From the NCBI GenBank assembly GCA_010093815.1, contig ML996575.1: DNA of 64,000 nucleotides. One strand, 5' to 3'. The position numbers and the translations under genes were made by a program. Below are positions 1-14,385 of the stretch, piece by piece (the first letter of the stretch is position 1; each line of letters starts with the position of its first letter). The notes under the pieces are model-generated. The model was not told where the DNA came from, did no database searches, and was given only the letters and a program-made list of their open reading frames with translations. This DNA comes from Pseudovirgaria hyperparasitica. Its lineage: Eukaryota.

Positions 1-1240
1 CGCATGTCATGCTCAAGCCTTCATCGAGACGGAATGTTCCTCCACAACTCACGGGAAGACGACTTCGGACGAGGAGCTATGGTCCGATATTCCCAAAAGT
101 CTTGATCATCTCACAGGTAATCACTCCTCGTCGAACACACTCACGCAAAGACTGACAGTACCAGTTCAACTACGAGCAAGAAGCCATATTCAAGTACTTC
201 CCAGAGCTCCTACAACAATCATATGAGGTCCCTGGATTCTCTCCTCTATACCCCGACGTAAATTGCAATAACGCCGGCACATTGTGCTCCATGACCAACG
301 GCGAAGGAGGTAAGATTCCCAACACCCCTAATTTATCATCTCAGAGACCACCTTATCTCTACACTAAGAATTTCCTCTAACACACACCTCAGAAGCCAAC
401 GCCGCAGCCAGCATCACCGCCCTCCTCTACGCCTCCCACTTCGACCTCACACACACCTACATCATCCTCACCGGGATCGCCGGCGTCAACCCTTCCCTCG
501 GCACTACTGGCACCGTCGGCTTCGCCAAATACGCCGTCCAGCTCGACCTCACCTACGAATTCGACGCCCGCCAAATCCCCCAAAACTTCTCCTCCGGCCT
601 CGTCCCCCAGGGCAACACCAAGCCCGTCTCCTACGACCCCAGCATCCCCCCTCAAGACACCCGCTCCGCCTACCCACGCAACATCTACGGCACGGAAGTA
701 TACACCCTCAACGGCAACCTGCGCGACAAGTTCCGCACCCTCGCCAGCAAAGCCCCCCTCAACGACACCACTGCCGCCGCCTCGTACCGCGCAAAATACG
801 ACCAGAAAGCCGCCCGCGCCCCGCCTTCCGTCCTCGCGTGCGACTCCCAGACTAGCAACGTGTACTGGTCCGGCAGCAAGCTGACCGCCGCCTTTTCCGC
901 CTACACTCAGCTGCTAACCAACGGCTCTGGCGCGCTCTGCATGAGCCAACAGGAGGACAACGCCAGTCTAGAGGGTCTACTGCGCGGCCACGCGGCGGGC
1001 AAGATTGATTTCGCCCGGGTGTCGATTCTGCGTGCCGCAAGTGACTTTGTGCAGGCGCCCAAGGGGGTCGAGGAAACGGATCATTTGCTGGTTAATCAGC
1101 AAGGGGGATTCAGTGTTGCGTTGGAGAACATCGGGATCGCTGCGCGGCCGGTTGTGAAGGATGTTTTGGGGAATTGGGCGGCGTATGAGGGCGGGGTGAA
1201 GAGTGGGAATAAGGTTGGGAGTTTGCTGGTCAGTTATTAG
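1..1240 (+). CDS. NUP-family ('purine nucleoside permease') protein, 5' partial; introns ~117-164 and ~310-392
   Basis: Spliced translation gives PKVLIISQ|FNYEQ...PGFSPLYPDVNC...GEG|EANAAASITALL...FDLTHTYIILTGIAGVNP...FAKYAVQLDLTYEFDARQIP...CMSQQEDNA...LRAASDF, characteristic NUP motifs. The frame is open to the window edge; TAG ends at 1240. Confidence 0.85.
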
Positions 1241-2193
1241 GGGGGGGGGAGGAAAGGGGGGTGTTACTGTTGGCCTTGCTTCTGATGTTCGTGCAATGTC
1301 GGCTACATAGCGAGGCGTTATGGCGTTTCTCACCGAGCTGGGCCGGTCGAGTTGAGCATATAGCCATTTTGCGCAGATTATGATACCAGATCTTGCATTA
1401 CCTTGCTTTACCTATCCCTCTCCTTCCCCACCATATCCATCCATCATTCACAACCCCTTACCCCATTCTACCCTACCCGGCACATCCACGTCGCCCCTTT
1501 TTCGACCCTCCAACCCTATATATATTCCCCCCTTCCTTGCCCCCTTCCATCCTTTCCTTCTTCTCTCCCACAGAGAACACACACACACACCACAAACACG
1601 AAACGCAGAATGCCAAAGGAGGTTACATGCTCTCGCCAAAGTGCGGGACGAAAATAGGAATGTCTCCGGTTGCTGCATCGGTACGAAAAATGCGTGTGCG
1701 TTTATTTAGCTTGATGGTGTCTCATACACGCTAGTAGAGTTGTGAGACAACATGATGTCTGGGTGGGTGTGTTGGGGTTCTTTCGGTGGTGAAGAGTAGC
1801 AGCAGGTGAGGAATGGTGATGAAGATTGTGGTGATGATAATCATCACAATCAGCAGAAACGGGCGCGGGCACAGGCATCGCGACTGCAATCGGTTTTGGG
1901 TGATGATCGTTTACTCATCGTCCCCCCTTGTTTCGCTGGTGCTGTTTTCTTGGGTAAGGAAAAAGAAAGTTAAGTTTAGAAAGGGTTTTGGAAAGAGTTA
2001 TAGGGACAGGGGATAGAGGGAGGCTGCGTCGAGTGCAGTGCATCGTTTCGTGTTAACACATACAGTAGTTTCAAATGTTTTCGTCGGTCTCTTGACCTTA
2101 CCCCTTTCGTATATTTGAAGCTGGATGCCTATTATTCACTCCTCCTTATATAACGCAGCCAGTCCACCGACACTCGATCGACTTGGGAGTGTC

Positions 2194-2218
2194 TATATAT
2201 ATATATATATATATATAC
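2194..2218. repeat. (TA)n microsatellite
   Basis: About 12 perfect TA units seen directly. Confidence 0.9.
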
Positions 2219-2616
2219 ATGCGTAAGATTGACAAGTTGATCTCAGATTCTTCCTCTTTAGTCCGCAGATTAGATGCGAGAAGCTTATGAGATGGATTAG
2301 GGGGCACTGAAATAGATCAAGCGGCCGAGTATCAAGGATAGCCCCGACGAGGAACCTAGGTATGGAAGGATAGGAGAAGACGTAAGTAGAACTATTGTCC
2401 TTGTGATGAAGCTCTATTGTGAGGTCGCTTAATGGGAGCCGCGCCTCAATTGTGAAACCATGCCTAAATGGACAATATGCGTTTCCCTCACATACTATAT
2501 GCGACACTCGAGTCATTGGTCCTGTGTGAGCATACTCTTGATTGGAGCCTTCCTACGGACTTAGTATACAGCCCATACGTCTCCAGCCATCGTGTTTCAT
2601 CGCTCCTGACATACGC

Positions 2617-4509
2617 TCAACGGCTCAAGGCAATATCATCAATCCGCAGTATCAACTTCACCGTCTCTGCCGCCAACTCCAGCGCACTCGTGCTCACGAG
2701 TAAGGGCTGTAGCACGCTCTCCTCCTTCATGTCTGTCTTCACGCCTCCACTCTTAATGCTGACACCAGCATTCCTCTCGCCCTTTGCATGTCTGTGCCGT
2801 AACTCCGTGACCACACGAATGCTATTCAGTCCCGCGTTTTCTGCTAGCGTGGTTGGAATAACTTCCATTGCATCTGCGAACGCCTTCCAGCAGATACTCT
2901 CGGTGCCTGTGAGTGCACGTGCTTGTGCTGCGAGCTGTTGCGCAATCTCGATCTCGGGCGCACCACCACCGGCGAGCAGAGCCTTCTTCTTGACCAAGCA
3001 GCGTATAACACAGTGCGCGTCATGCAGACTGCGCTCAGCCTCGTCAAGAATGAGAGAATTAGCGCCTCGACATACGATGCTGACGGTATTCGCCTGTGCA
3101 CGAACACCGGTAACCTTTACAATACGTGCACCCGAAGACTGGACTTCCTCGATCAGGTCTGCACTACCAAGCTTGTCTTCGGTGAAGGAGTCAATGTCGG
3201 CAATTGGTTTACAGCCGGTAGACTTGCAGAGGAACTCGATTTCATCGCGCTCAATATCCTTGATGGCTAGGATGTTGAGCTTAGCGAGGAAATGTAGGGA
3301 AAGGTCGTTGACAGCGTCGCGAAGAATAGATTTCTGGATAAAGAGAACGTTGCATTTTGATTTCTTGATCTTCTTGACCATGTTGAGGAGGTAGGTGCGC
3401 TCTTCCTTCAGGATCTTGTCCATTTGGCGGTAGTCGTTCACGACAATTTGGTTCTCCATCTAGAGGTTCATTAGATTTGAAGTGGGTACATGGGAAGGCT
3501 ATGCTTACGTCGGGCTTGGGAGGACTGAGCTGGAACTGGATCAGTCCTATCCTTGCCTTTTCCATTCTTGTTGGACCTCCTCCGCTTTTTAGGACTTGCT
3601 GGTTAAGTACCACACCATCCACCATCTCACTGTCCTCAATCGTGCCGCCGGACTTCTTAAGGATCCTAATGTTCTTCAGGTCTACGTTGTCTGCGGTCTT
3701 GGCATCGATGATCTTCAGGACACTATCTACAGCCATAGGCGCAAGCTTGGGCTCTTGTGCTACGATCTTGGAGGAGAGTGATGTGGAGGCGGCTTTGAGG
3801 AGAGTGGGGCGGTCAGTGAGAGAAATAGGTACAGACATATCATGTAGGACCTTTACTGCAGCGGCAGCAGCTCTTTGGAAGCTTTCTGATATGACTGTCG
3901 GGTGAATACCCTTTCCGAGCAGGCGTTCGGCAGCTCCCAAAAGACTTCCTGCGATTACGACAACTGATGTGGTTCCGTCACCGGCCTCTATATCTTGAGC
4001 ATTCGCCAAATCTACGAGCATCTTGGCTGCTGGGTGCAGAACGCTCATCTGACTCAACATTGTGTTGCCATCGTTCGTCTTGGGGAGTATTAATTACGGT
4101 CGTGTGAGAACTTGCGGTAGGCTTACGATTATGGTCTCTCCTTTTCCAGTTTGAATCTTCAATCTTCGTTAGCACATCAACAGAATCATTAGACAAACAG
4201 ACGTACCATTTTGTCCATTCCCCTTGGGCCTAGAGACTGCGCAATGTTAATGTAAAGCTTCGCATATCAGACTAGTAAGGCCTACAGTTCTTATGGCGTC
4301 CGCAACCGCTGTGGATTCATGTTAGCACAAGGTCAAAGGCCCAACAGCATAAACACACACCTCGCGCGGCTACAATGTTACCGGTCCTCACGGCTGTGGG
4401 CTTCTCCTTGTCCTGTTTCGTATGTGAGCTGTGTATATGAGTGGAGAGCTCCTCGGTGTCTCACTTTGAACGCATTGTTGAAACCGCTGGCGGCTTGAGT
4501 AGCTGCCAT
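2617..4509 (-). CDS. CCT4: T-complex protein 1 subunit delta (CCT chaperonin), ~7 exons including 23-30 nt exons
   Basis: [68 protein letters not shown]...[11 protein letters not shown]...[19 protein letters not shown]...ILRIDDI; GT-AG introns at each junction. Confidence 0.95.
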
Positions 4510-4855
4510 AGTTACAAATAGAGCCTAGGAACTGGAATTTGCGATATGAAAGGCCTGTGAGTCGTTTGTGCAGGCTCTAATCGTCCCGCGCTTCTAGGTA
4601 GAAATTCTGATAGAATAAACTCGCGTTGTCGCGACGCCCCGAGGTTAGTCCGGCGGCGCCGACTTCGAGCTTCCCGGACGACGTGATTACGATGTCTGTG
4701 TAATTAGCTATCTAAACCGCGTCACATATCATCATAACTTCTTTCGCCCTTCCAACACCACTGCCTGGCTTCTCACTCTCTTCGCCCGTGCCATACTCTG
4801 TAGACATATCCTCGAATCGCCTCAGCTTGTCACCTTCGTCCATATCGTCACAATC

Positions 4856-6231
4856 ATGCCTAGCGCCACGGGGCAGAGCTGGGAGAAGTACCAGAAGAAC
4901 TTCGCTGACGACGAGGTAGAAGAGAAGAAGATCACACCGCTGTCAGATGAGGACATTCAAGTGCTGAAGACTTATGGAGCCGCACCGTACGCCGCAGAGC
5001 TAAAGAAGCTCGAGAAAGAGATCAAGGACAAGCAGTCATCAGTCAACGAGAAGATCGGAGTGAAGGAGTCAGATACTGGTCTTGCACCGCCACATCTATG
5101 GGACATTGCTGCCGACCGGCAACGGATGCAGGAAGAGCAGCCGCTGCAGGTGGCCCGGTGTACGAAGATCATTCAGGATGAGAAGGACACGGAAAAGCAT
5201 AAATATGTTATCAATGTCAAGCAGATTGCCAAGTTCGTAGTGAATCTGGGCGAGAGAGTATCACCGACAGATATCGAAGAAGGAATGCGTGTAGGGTAAG
5301 TTCAGATGTCATTCGAGGACAACTTCATTCAAAGTACTGATACGACCCCAGCGTCGACCGCAACAAGTACCAAATCCTCCTACCTCTACCGCCAAAGATC
5401 GACCCTTCCGTCACAATGATGACTGTTGAGGATAAGCCAGATGTAACATATGGCGATGTCGGTGGCTGCAAAGAGCAAATCGAGAAGTTACGAGAAGTTG
5501 TAGAAATGCCTTTACTCTCCCCAGAGCGCTTCGTCAATCTGGGAATCGACCCTCCAAAGGGTGCTCTTCTATACGGCCCCCCAGGAACCGGAAAAACCCT
5601 CTGCGCGCGTGCCGTAGCCAACAGGACAGACGCAACCTTCATCCGTGTCATCGGTTCCGAACTAGTCCAGAAATACGTCGGTGAAGGAGCACGCATGGTT
5701 CGTGAACTATTTGAAATGGCGCGCACCAAGAAAGCCTGCATCATCTTCTTCGACGAAATCGACGCCATCGGTGGAGCCCGTTTCGACGACGGTGCGGGCG
5801 GTGACAACGAGGTCCAACGTACCATGTTGGAACTGATTACCCAGCTCGATGGTTTCGATTCTCGCGGAAACATCAAAGTCATGTTCGCCACGAATAGGCC
5901 GTCTACACTCGATCCCGCTCTGATGAGACCTGGCCGTATCGACCGAAAGATTGAGTTCTCCCTACCAGACATGGAGGGCCGAGCCAACATTCTCCGGATT
6001 CACGCCAAGAGTATGAGTGTGGAGCGTGACATAAGATGGGAACTGATCTCGAGACTGTGTCCCAACAGCACAGGTGCAGAGCTCAGGAGTGTGGCGACTG
6101 AAGCCGGAATGTTTGCTATTCGCGCAAGGAGGAAGGTCGCTACAGAGAAGGACTTCCTGGCCGCCGTGGACAAGGTCATCAAGGGCAACCTGAAGTTCAA
6201 CTCGACGGCGACATACATGCAGTACAACTAA
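4856..6231 (+). CDS. RPT1: 26S proteasome AAA-ATPase regulatory subunit 7; intron ~5297-5351
   Basis: [28 protein letters not shown], Walker A GPPGTGKT, Walker [11 protein letters not shown]-terminus STATYMQYN. Confidence 0.96.
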
Positions 6232-6491
6232 GCTTGTATTCAGGGAGTTGGGGAATCTTCGTAATAGTGCAAAGACCGTATTAGTAGCTTTAGACTCAGC
6301 ATAGGATGGCGCCTAGAACAACTGAGCCCCATGTATAATACGATCATTGATCTCTCCAGAATGTCCACGGTTGCATGTAGTGAGAATCGTGCATTCGAAA
6401 TGTAATATGTTCAACTCGATATAGGTACAAAGTTACCCGCTGCCTAATACATGCACCTCTACCCTGAAAAGTAGACTTAAAAACAGTTTTT

Positions 6492-8717
6492 CTAATACGT
6501 ACGCTTGAACGGAGGAACTGCCTTGCACTCCGCCTCGTCTAGGGTGTTCGCCACCACGCTTCTGTAACTCAAGTCAACCTTTGAGTGCGGCTTCTTTTGC
6601 CAACTAAGAGTGTGCTTCATCCAGTTCTCGTCATCACGGTCGGGATAGTCCTCGCGGGCATGAGCGCCACGGCTCTCCTTGCGGTTGGCGGCACTCTCAG
6701 CAGTTTGCACCGCACAGGTGAGTAGATTCCTTAGTTCAAGCGTCTCAACAAGGTCGCTGTTCCAGATCATACTGCGGTCCTTGGTGCCGACGTCCTTGAA
6801 CTTGGCGTCAACGTCGTGGATTCTGCGGACACCTTCGTCGAGAGATTCTTGAGTTCTGAACACGCTGACATCAGTTTGCATGACCTTTTGCATCTCAGAG
6901 CGAATATCAGCAGTTGGTAGATGACCATCGGCAGTACGGATCTGGTCAATTACGCTGATACCATCGGCACCAGCGTCCGCGGACACAGGTCCGACGGACT
7001 CGCCAGGACTGAAGTTGTCGCGAATGGTGTGAGATACAGCACGGCCGAAAACGATCAGATCAAGAAGTGAGTTGGCTCCGAGACGATTCGCTCCGTGGAC
7101 AGAGACACAGGCAGCTTCACCGCAAGCAAACAGACCTGGAACGACCTGATCCTTACCGGACTCGTCTACAGTTAGAACTTCTCCGGTGTACTTGGTTGGG
7201 ATACCACCCATGTTATAATGGACGGTGGGTAGGACGGGAATCGGTTGCTTGCGAACATCAACACCAGCGAAAATCGAAGCAGTTTCCGAGATACCTGGCA
7301 GACGTTCATGAAGAATCTCTGGTGGCAAATGACTTAGTTGCAAGTAAATGTGGTCCTTGTCTGGGCCGACACCGCGACCTTCGCGGATCTCCATAGTCAT
7401 GGAGCGGGATACGACATCGCGACTGGCAAGATCCTTAGCAGTTGGCGCATAACGTTCCATGAAGCGCTCTCCTTCTGAGTTCAGAAGATAACCTCCTTCT
7501 CCTCTTGAGCCCTCGGTGATCAAACATCCAGCGCCGTAGATACCGGTGGGGTGGAACTGTACGAATTCGAGGTCCTGATTGGGGAGACCTGCGCGGGCGA
7601 CCATGGCCATGCCATCTCCGGTACAAGTGTGGGCAGATGTACAGCTGAAGTACGCACGTCCGTACCCACCAGTGGCAAGGACTGTGTGTTTAGCCAGGAA
7701 TCTGTGCAAAGTCCCGTCTTCCTGGTTATAAGCTAGGATACCCTTGCAAACACCATCCTCCATAATAAGATCGGTGGCGAAGAATTCGATGAAGTATTTG
7801 GTGTTGTGGCGGAGAGATTGTCCATAGAGAGTGTGAAGCAGGGCGTGTCCAGTGCGATCAGCCGCAGCACAGCATCTGTAGGCCTGACCACCCTTTCCAT
7901 ACTTCTGGGATTGACCACCAAAAGCTCGTTGATAACTACTATAGTCAGCAAACGACATTTTCGGCTACGGTCGACAAGCTCTTACATGCGACCATCGTCC
8001 GTTCTCGAGAAAGGACATCCATAGTTCTCGAGTTCGATAACACTTTGAGGAGCCTCTCTTGTCATGTAATGGATAGCGTCTTGATCTCCAAGCCAATCCG
8101 AGCCTTTCACAGTGTCGTACATATGCCATCGCCAATCGTCCTCATGCATGCTGTATACTTGTTAGATTTGGAGACGGTTTCGCGTGATCGATACTCACTT
8201 TCCAAGAGCCGCGTTGATCCCTCCCTGCGCCGCCACAGTGTGTGACCGTGTAGGAAACAGCTTCGAAACACATGCTGTATTAAAGCCCGCCTCGGCCAGA
8301 CCAAATGCAGCCCGCAGACCAGCACCTCCAGCGCCAACAACTACAGCATCATATTCGTGGTCTATGACGGGGTATTTATGGCTGATCGCCCCGGACGCTT
8401 CCTTTGCGCGAAGCGGTTGACTCGTAATAATGCGCTGTACGGCTTTCGTAGATGAAAAGGATCTGTTCTGCTGTTGAAGGCTCTTGCATATCTGGACAGA
8501 ACAATGTATTAGCTGATATGTGCATATGTAAAGCGTAATTTGTATATTTGTAGAGCGCTCACGCGTCCAATGGCTGACAGTCGTGCGAAGAGCTTTGAAG
8601 TTGCGTCTGTGAATGCGGAGGGCTTGCGGGGGTCTCGGTGGACGCCACCAAGATCGTGCATGGGAGGAGTCCTACCTGGGAGCCTCTGGCAAGTCCCCGG
8701 TGCCTTATGGAATTCAT
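6492..8717 (-). CDS. SDH1: Succinate dehydrogenase flavoprotein subunit; introns ~8492-8675, ~8152-8198, ~7942-7986
   Basis: Presequence-like [32 protein letters not shown] motif [52 protein letters not shown]-terminus PPFKRTY. Confidence 0.95.
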
Positions 8718-9016
8718 CTTGGGTACGACCGGACGGCAATGTTGGAGGGAAAGTCGTCTGTTTGGGAGGCTGGAGTGAAGAGGTTGTAGGCCTGTGGACG
8801 GATCATCGACGTCGCAATTAGCTTACCTTCGCCTGCCTCGCCATTCGCCGGCCGCCACAGCCGAGGCGTCTATCCGTCCTACAATAATCGTGCGTTGCAT
8901 AGAGTCCAGAATTTCGACCGTGATTACAGTCGCAACAATAGCCAACTAAATGACGATCTTATTCTTTCAAGTCGATTCATCAAAATGTATCGTTTGGGCT
9001 GAGGGACCTTTGCGAT

Positions 9017-9036
9017 AATTAATTGACATTGATTGG
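9017..9036 (-). promoter_or_regulatory. Candidate CBC:HapX bipartite element (CCAAT-N12-RWT) with adjacent GATAA, upstream of SDH1
   Basis: Minus strand reads CCAAT caatgtcaatta ATT atc, ~300 nt upstream of the SDH1 ATG. The motif has low information content. Confidence 0.4.
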
Positions 9037-9457
9037 CAGTGCCGTCCGGTAACGTGCAGTGCATGTGAAAGCTTAGCTTCTACTGCCGGTCCACACAATT
9101 CTGCAGAACATAGCCATAGGTCATTGAAGCTTCAGTCATATTCGAATTAAATTAACAAAAAATGCTCCTGGCACGAGATGCCAATGTATATTTAGTTTAT
9201 TGGAAAGTATGCGAGTGGAAAACCACTTCGTATCCATCACTCGGTGTTAGTGTTGTGGTTGTTTGGGCTTTACGGCAGTCCTGCAAATTCATCGCGAAAT
9301 TTGACATACAGTGGAAATAGTGCACAAGAAGAAGGTCGGCTAGAGTTTGGGTATTGGTCATTTATTTTATTTCCTGTTCGCACTATTCGATGCCACAGGT
9401 GAACGCCACACATCTCCCTTCGAAGAACCGTTAAATGCAAACATCGCCGAGAACAAC

Positions 9458-10953
<1,496 letters not shown>

Positions 10954-11731
10954 CTAGCCTGGCCTTGGCGCGACTCTCTTACACTCCAAGTGTAAGGGAA
11001 CGAAGCCCCCACCAAACTCGACGTCTCGACATTATATCGACATCTCTCTCCAGTGTTTCTCCTCATTCAAGCCGGTCGTATCAGCTATTGTTACATCTTG
11101 TGGGCTCTGGGATCCAGATCGCGACCTTTGGCCTTATCAGGTACGTCTTTGGAATACATGGATGAATGCAGGTGGTCTCCTCACACGATCCTACTCTGCC
11201 CTTACCCTGCCTGCCCAGTTCTCACTGATGTCAGTCTGCTCCCCTTCCCGCTTTCAAGCTTCCTTGTCTCATAAAGGGCAACACCGCCCGCGCCAATACA
11301 CCTATCCCTCCTCGGGGCCGTGTTGTACCCTTTGACTTACTTTTCACTGTCTACCTTCGCCGTCCCGTTGACTAACCACTACTTGTTGAAGATCGAGCTC
11401 TACTCTCCGTAAACCACGCACTGACCGCGACAAGCACTTCTCTATCAGTATACCATCTCCCAGCGCAGCATCCCCTTCGAATAGAGAGCCTCATACCTTG
11501 TCTCTATCTTCTTTCACACACTCGCACATCATCTTTTTCGCCGTCGCCATTCGCAACTTTCTTCAAATACTTCCGAAGACCGAAGTAGCGTCCGTGTTTG
11601 CGCTCCCAGTCTTACATTCGAATTCGTCATACGTCATACGCGAGACTCCGTACAATAAGACGCATTACACAGTAGACTGTCGAACAGCTTCCTGCTCGTG
11701 AAATCAGAATTCTTGCTCGCACACAGACAAG

Positions 11732-13501
11732 ATGGTGGAAAGCGATAACCAGACAACGTGGAAATTCACGCAGTACGTACCATTTCGTGCGCTCCGCCAG
11801 CTGCTGGACCCGAAACGGCCGTATCGTTGGTCTTTTGTTATAAAATGCTTTATTGTCCACTGACTTCCTTGTCTAGATGCTTTGGTGATAAAGGTGACGT
11901 AGAGGATATCACAGAGGGTACAGTCTTCCTTATCAGTCCCATACCTAAACACTATTAACGCGGCGTTAAATTAGCCGACATCATATCAACAGTCGAATTT
12001 GACCAAACGGGCAACTATTTGGCCACTGGTGACAAGGGTGGCCGTGTTGTGCTGTTTGAGCGCAATGAATCAGTCAGTACCGATTCACGAGGGTCAGACC
12101 TCACACTCGCTACTATTACTGACTTTGCCCAGAAAAAAACTTGCGAATACAAATTTCACACAGAGTTTCAATCACACGAACCAGAATTCGATTACCTGAA
12201 ATCGCTCGAGATAGAAGAGAAGATCAACAAGATTAAGTGGTGTCGCAGGCAGAACGCATCTCACTACCTCCTATCAACAAATGACAAGACTATAAAGTTG
12301 TGGAAAGTATTTGAGAAGTCTCTAAAGGTTGTGGCTGAGAACAATCTCTCTCATGAGTTAACTCCGGGAGGGGTTCCAGGAGCTGGGGGTCCCGTAAAAA
12401 ACCCAGGAACATACTTTCGCAATGCGTCAGATCTCAAGCTCCCAAGATTAACACATCATGACACCGTTGTTGCGGCGGTACCGCGGAAGACGTATGCGAA
12501 TGCTCACGCATATCACATTAACAGCATTTCGGTGAACAGCGATGGAGAGACTTTCATTAGCAGCGACGATCTGCGTATCAACTTATGGAACCTGAACATT
12601 CAAGACCAGAGTTTTAACATTGTTGATATCAAACCAGCGAATATGGAGGAGCTGACAGAAGTCATTACTGCTGCGGAGTTCCACCCTCAAAGCTGCAATT
12701 GGTTCATGTATGCGAGTTCGAAAGGAACCATCAAGCTCGCTGACATGCGAGAGAGCGCATTATGTGACCAACATGCCAAGCGTATGTTCTCTGTATAGAA
12801 CTAGGAAGAGCATGAAAGCTAATCGTTGATACCAGAGTTCGAGCAAGAAGAGGATCCATCATCGCGATCTTTCTTCTCGGAGATTATATCCTCAATTTCC
12901 GACGTTCGATTTTCACATGATGGTCGATACATCCTCTCCAGGGACTACCTTACTGTTAAGATCTGGGACGTGAACATGGAACGCACCCCTGTCAAGACGA
13001 TCCCAATTCACGAACACTTGAGGCCACGTCTCTGCGACACGTATGAGAACGATAGCATTTTCGACAAATTTGAAGTTGTTTTCTCAGGTGATGCCAAAAA
13101 CGTTATGACTGGCAGCTACAACAACAACTTCATGATTTACCCTTCGGACCCTGACAAGGACACAGAGGTTGTTCTACAAGCCGACAAGTCTGCATTCAAG
13201 GCGAAGAAAGTCGGTATTCCAACACCTATGAATTCATCAACAAGCCCAACGACAGGCAACAAGAAGAATAGCTCTCGGGCAAACAGTCCGGCCGCTGGTG
13301 CCGTTGGCCAGGGACAGAGGATGCGAAAAGAAACCGACGCTGATCAGATCGATTTCAACAAGAAGATTCTGCACATGAGCTGGCACCCGTTCGAAGACAG
13401 CATAGCCATCGCCGCGACCAACAACGTAAGTATACTCACCAGCACGCACGCCCACGCATACTAAAATCGTCGGCCAGCTCTTCGTCTTTTCGGCGCTATG
13501 A
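11732..13501 (+). CDS. CDC55: PP2A B55 regulatory subunit (WD40), multi-exon; probable 5'-UTR intron ~11141-11391
   Basis: [77 protein letters not shown]. Confidence 0.95.
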
Positions 13502-14385
13502 ACGATGGACACAATCCCAGGCGAGATCGTTTAGTACCAGAACCACAGGCCAATGAAGAAAGCCGCGCCTCTTCATGTGTGCCCAGGTCTACCGTCATTG
13601 GGTTGCCGGACATAACGAGTAAACGAAAGCGACAAAAGTTGGAGGTCTGACTGAGATCGGGGGGATGTATCATGTGGCAGAATAGATAGACTGTTAGGCT
13701 TGCATGATTTGCAAGCTCACTTAGATCGGACCTCTGCGTCGAATGGAACGTAAAATTACTACAAAGGTGTCATGCAAATAAAGCATTATCAAGCCTTTTT
13801 TATCCTTGTGGAGAATTAGGAATAAAGGTCCGAGTCGTAGAGCCGCCTCAGCCCTGCGACAAGCCCTGTCCCTGTGTTCTGTTAGACAAGCCACAGCCGA
13901 CGAGCGGCCGAGCCTCAACTCAATTCGGATGGATCTATCAACCACACATCGACTCATGACCTTATATGAATTTGAGATCTGAGACTGTTTAGCCAGAGTT
14001 ACCACCATGTCGGATGCCATTCGACCATAACCCGATTTCTGTATGTATGATTTGATTCCCATAAGATTGCCCGGTTCATATCGTCCACGTCATCGTAGCA
14101 TTTCATTCAGTTCTGGTTCAAAGTGCCTCGAAGGTATATCAATCACCTCTGCCCGCGAGCGCTGGACTGTTACGACGAACAGACGTGTGCATACGTGTAC
14201 ACGACTGATACAGATTTTCGGATCAATGCTCCCGCTTCTAAGGCTAATGCGTACGCAGGATCTTCTTTGAAACCTACGTCAAACTTCACCCCTCAGTATT
14301 CTATTCTTCGTTCATACTTGGATTGTAACCTTGTCTGTACGTATACGGCATCGAATATTGCCCACGTCTATTTCCCACGTCTATT

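Noticed and set aside
8792..8844. Further upstream SDH1 exon MARQAK|gtaagc
   Set aside because: The implied intron is ~35 nt, too short, and a better presequence-like start exists at 8717.
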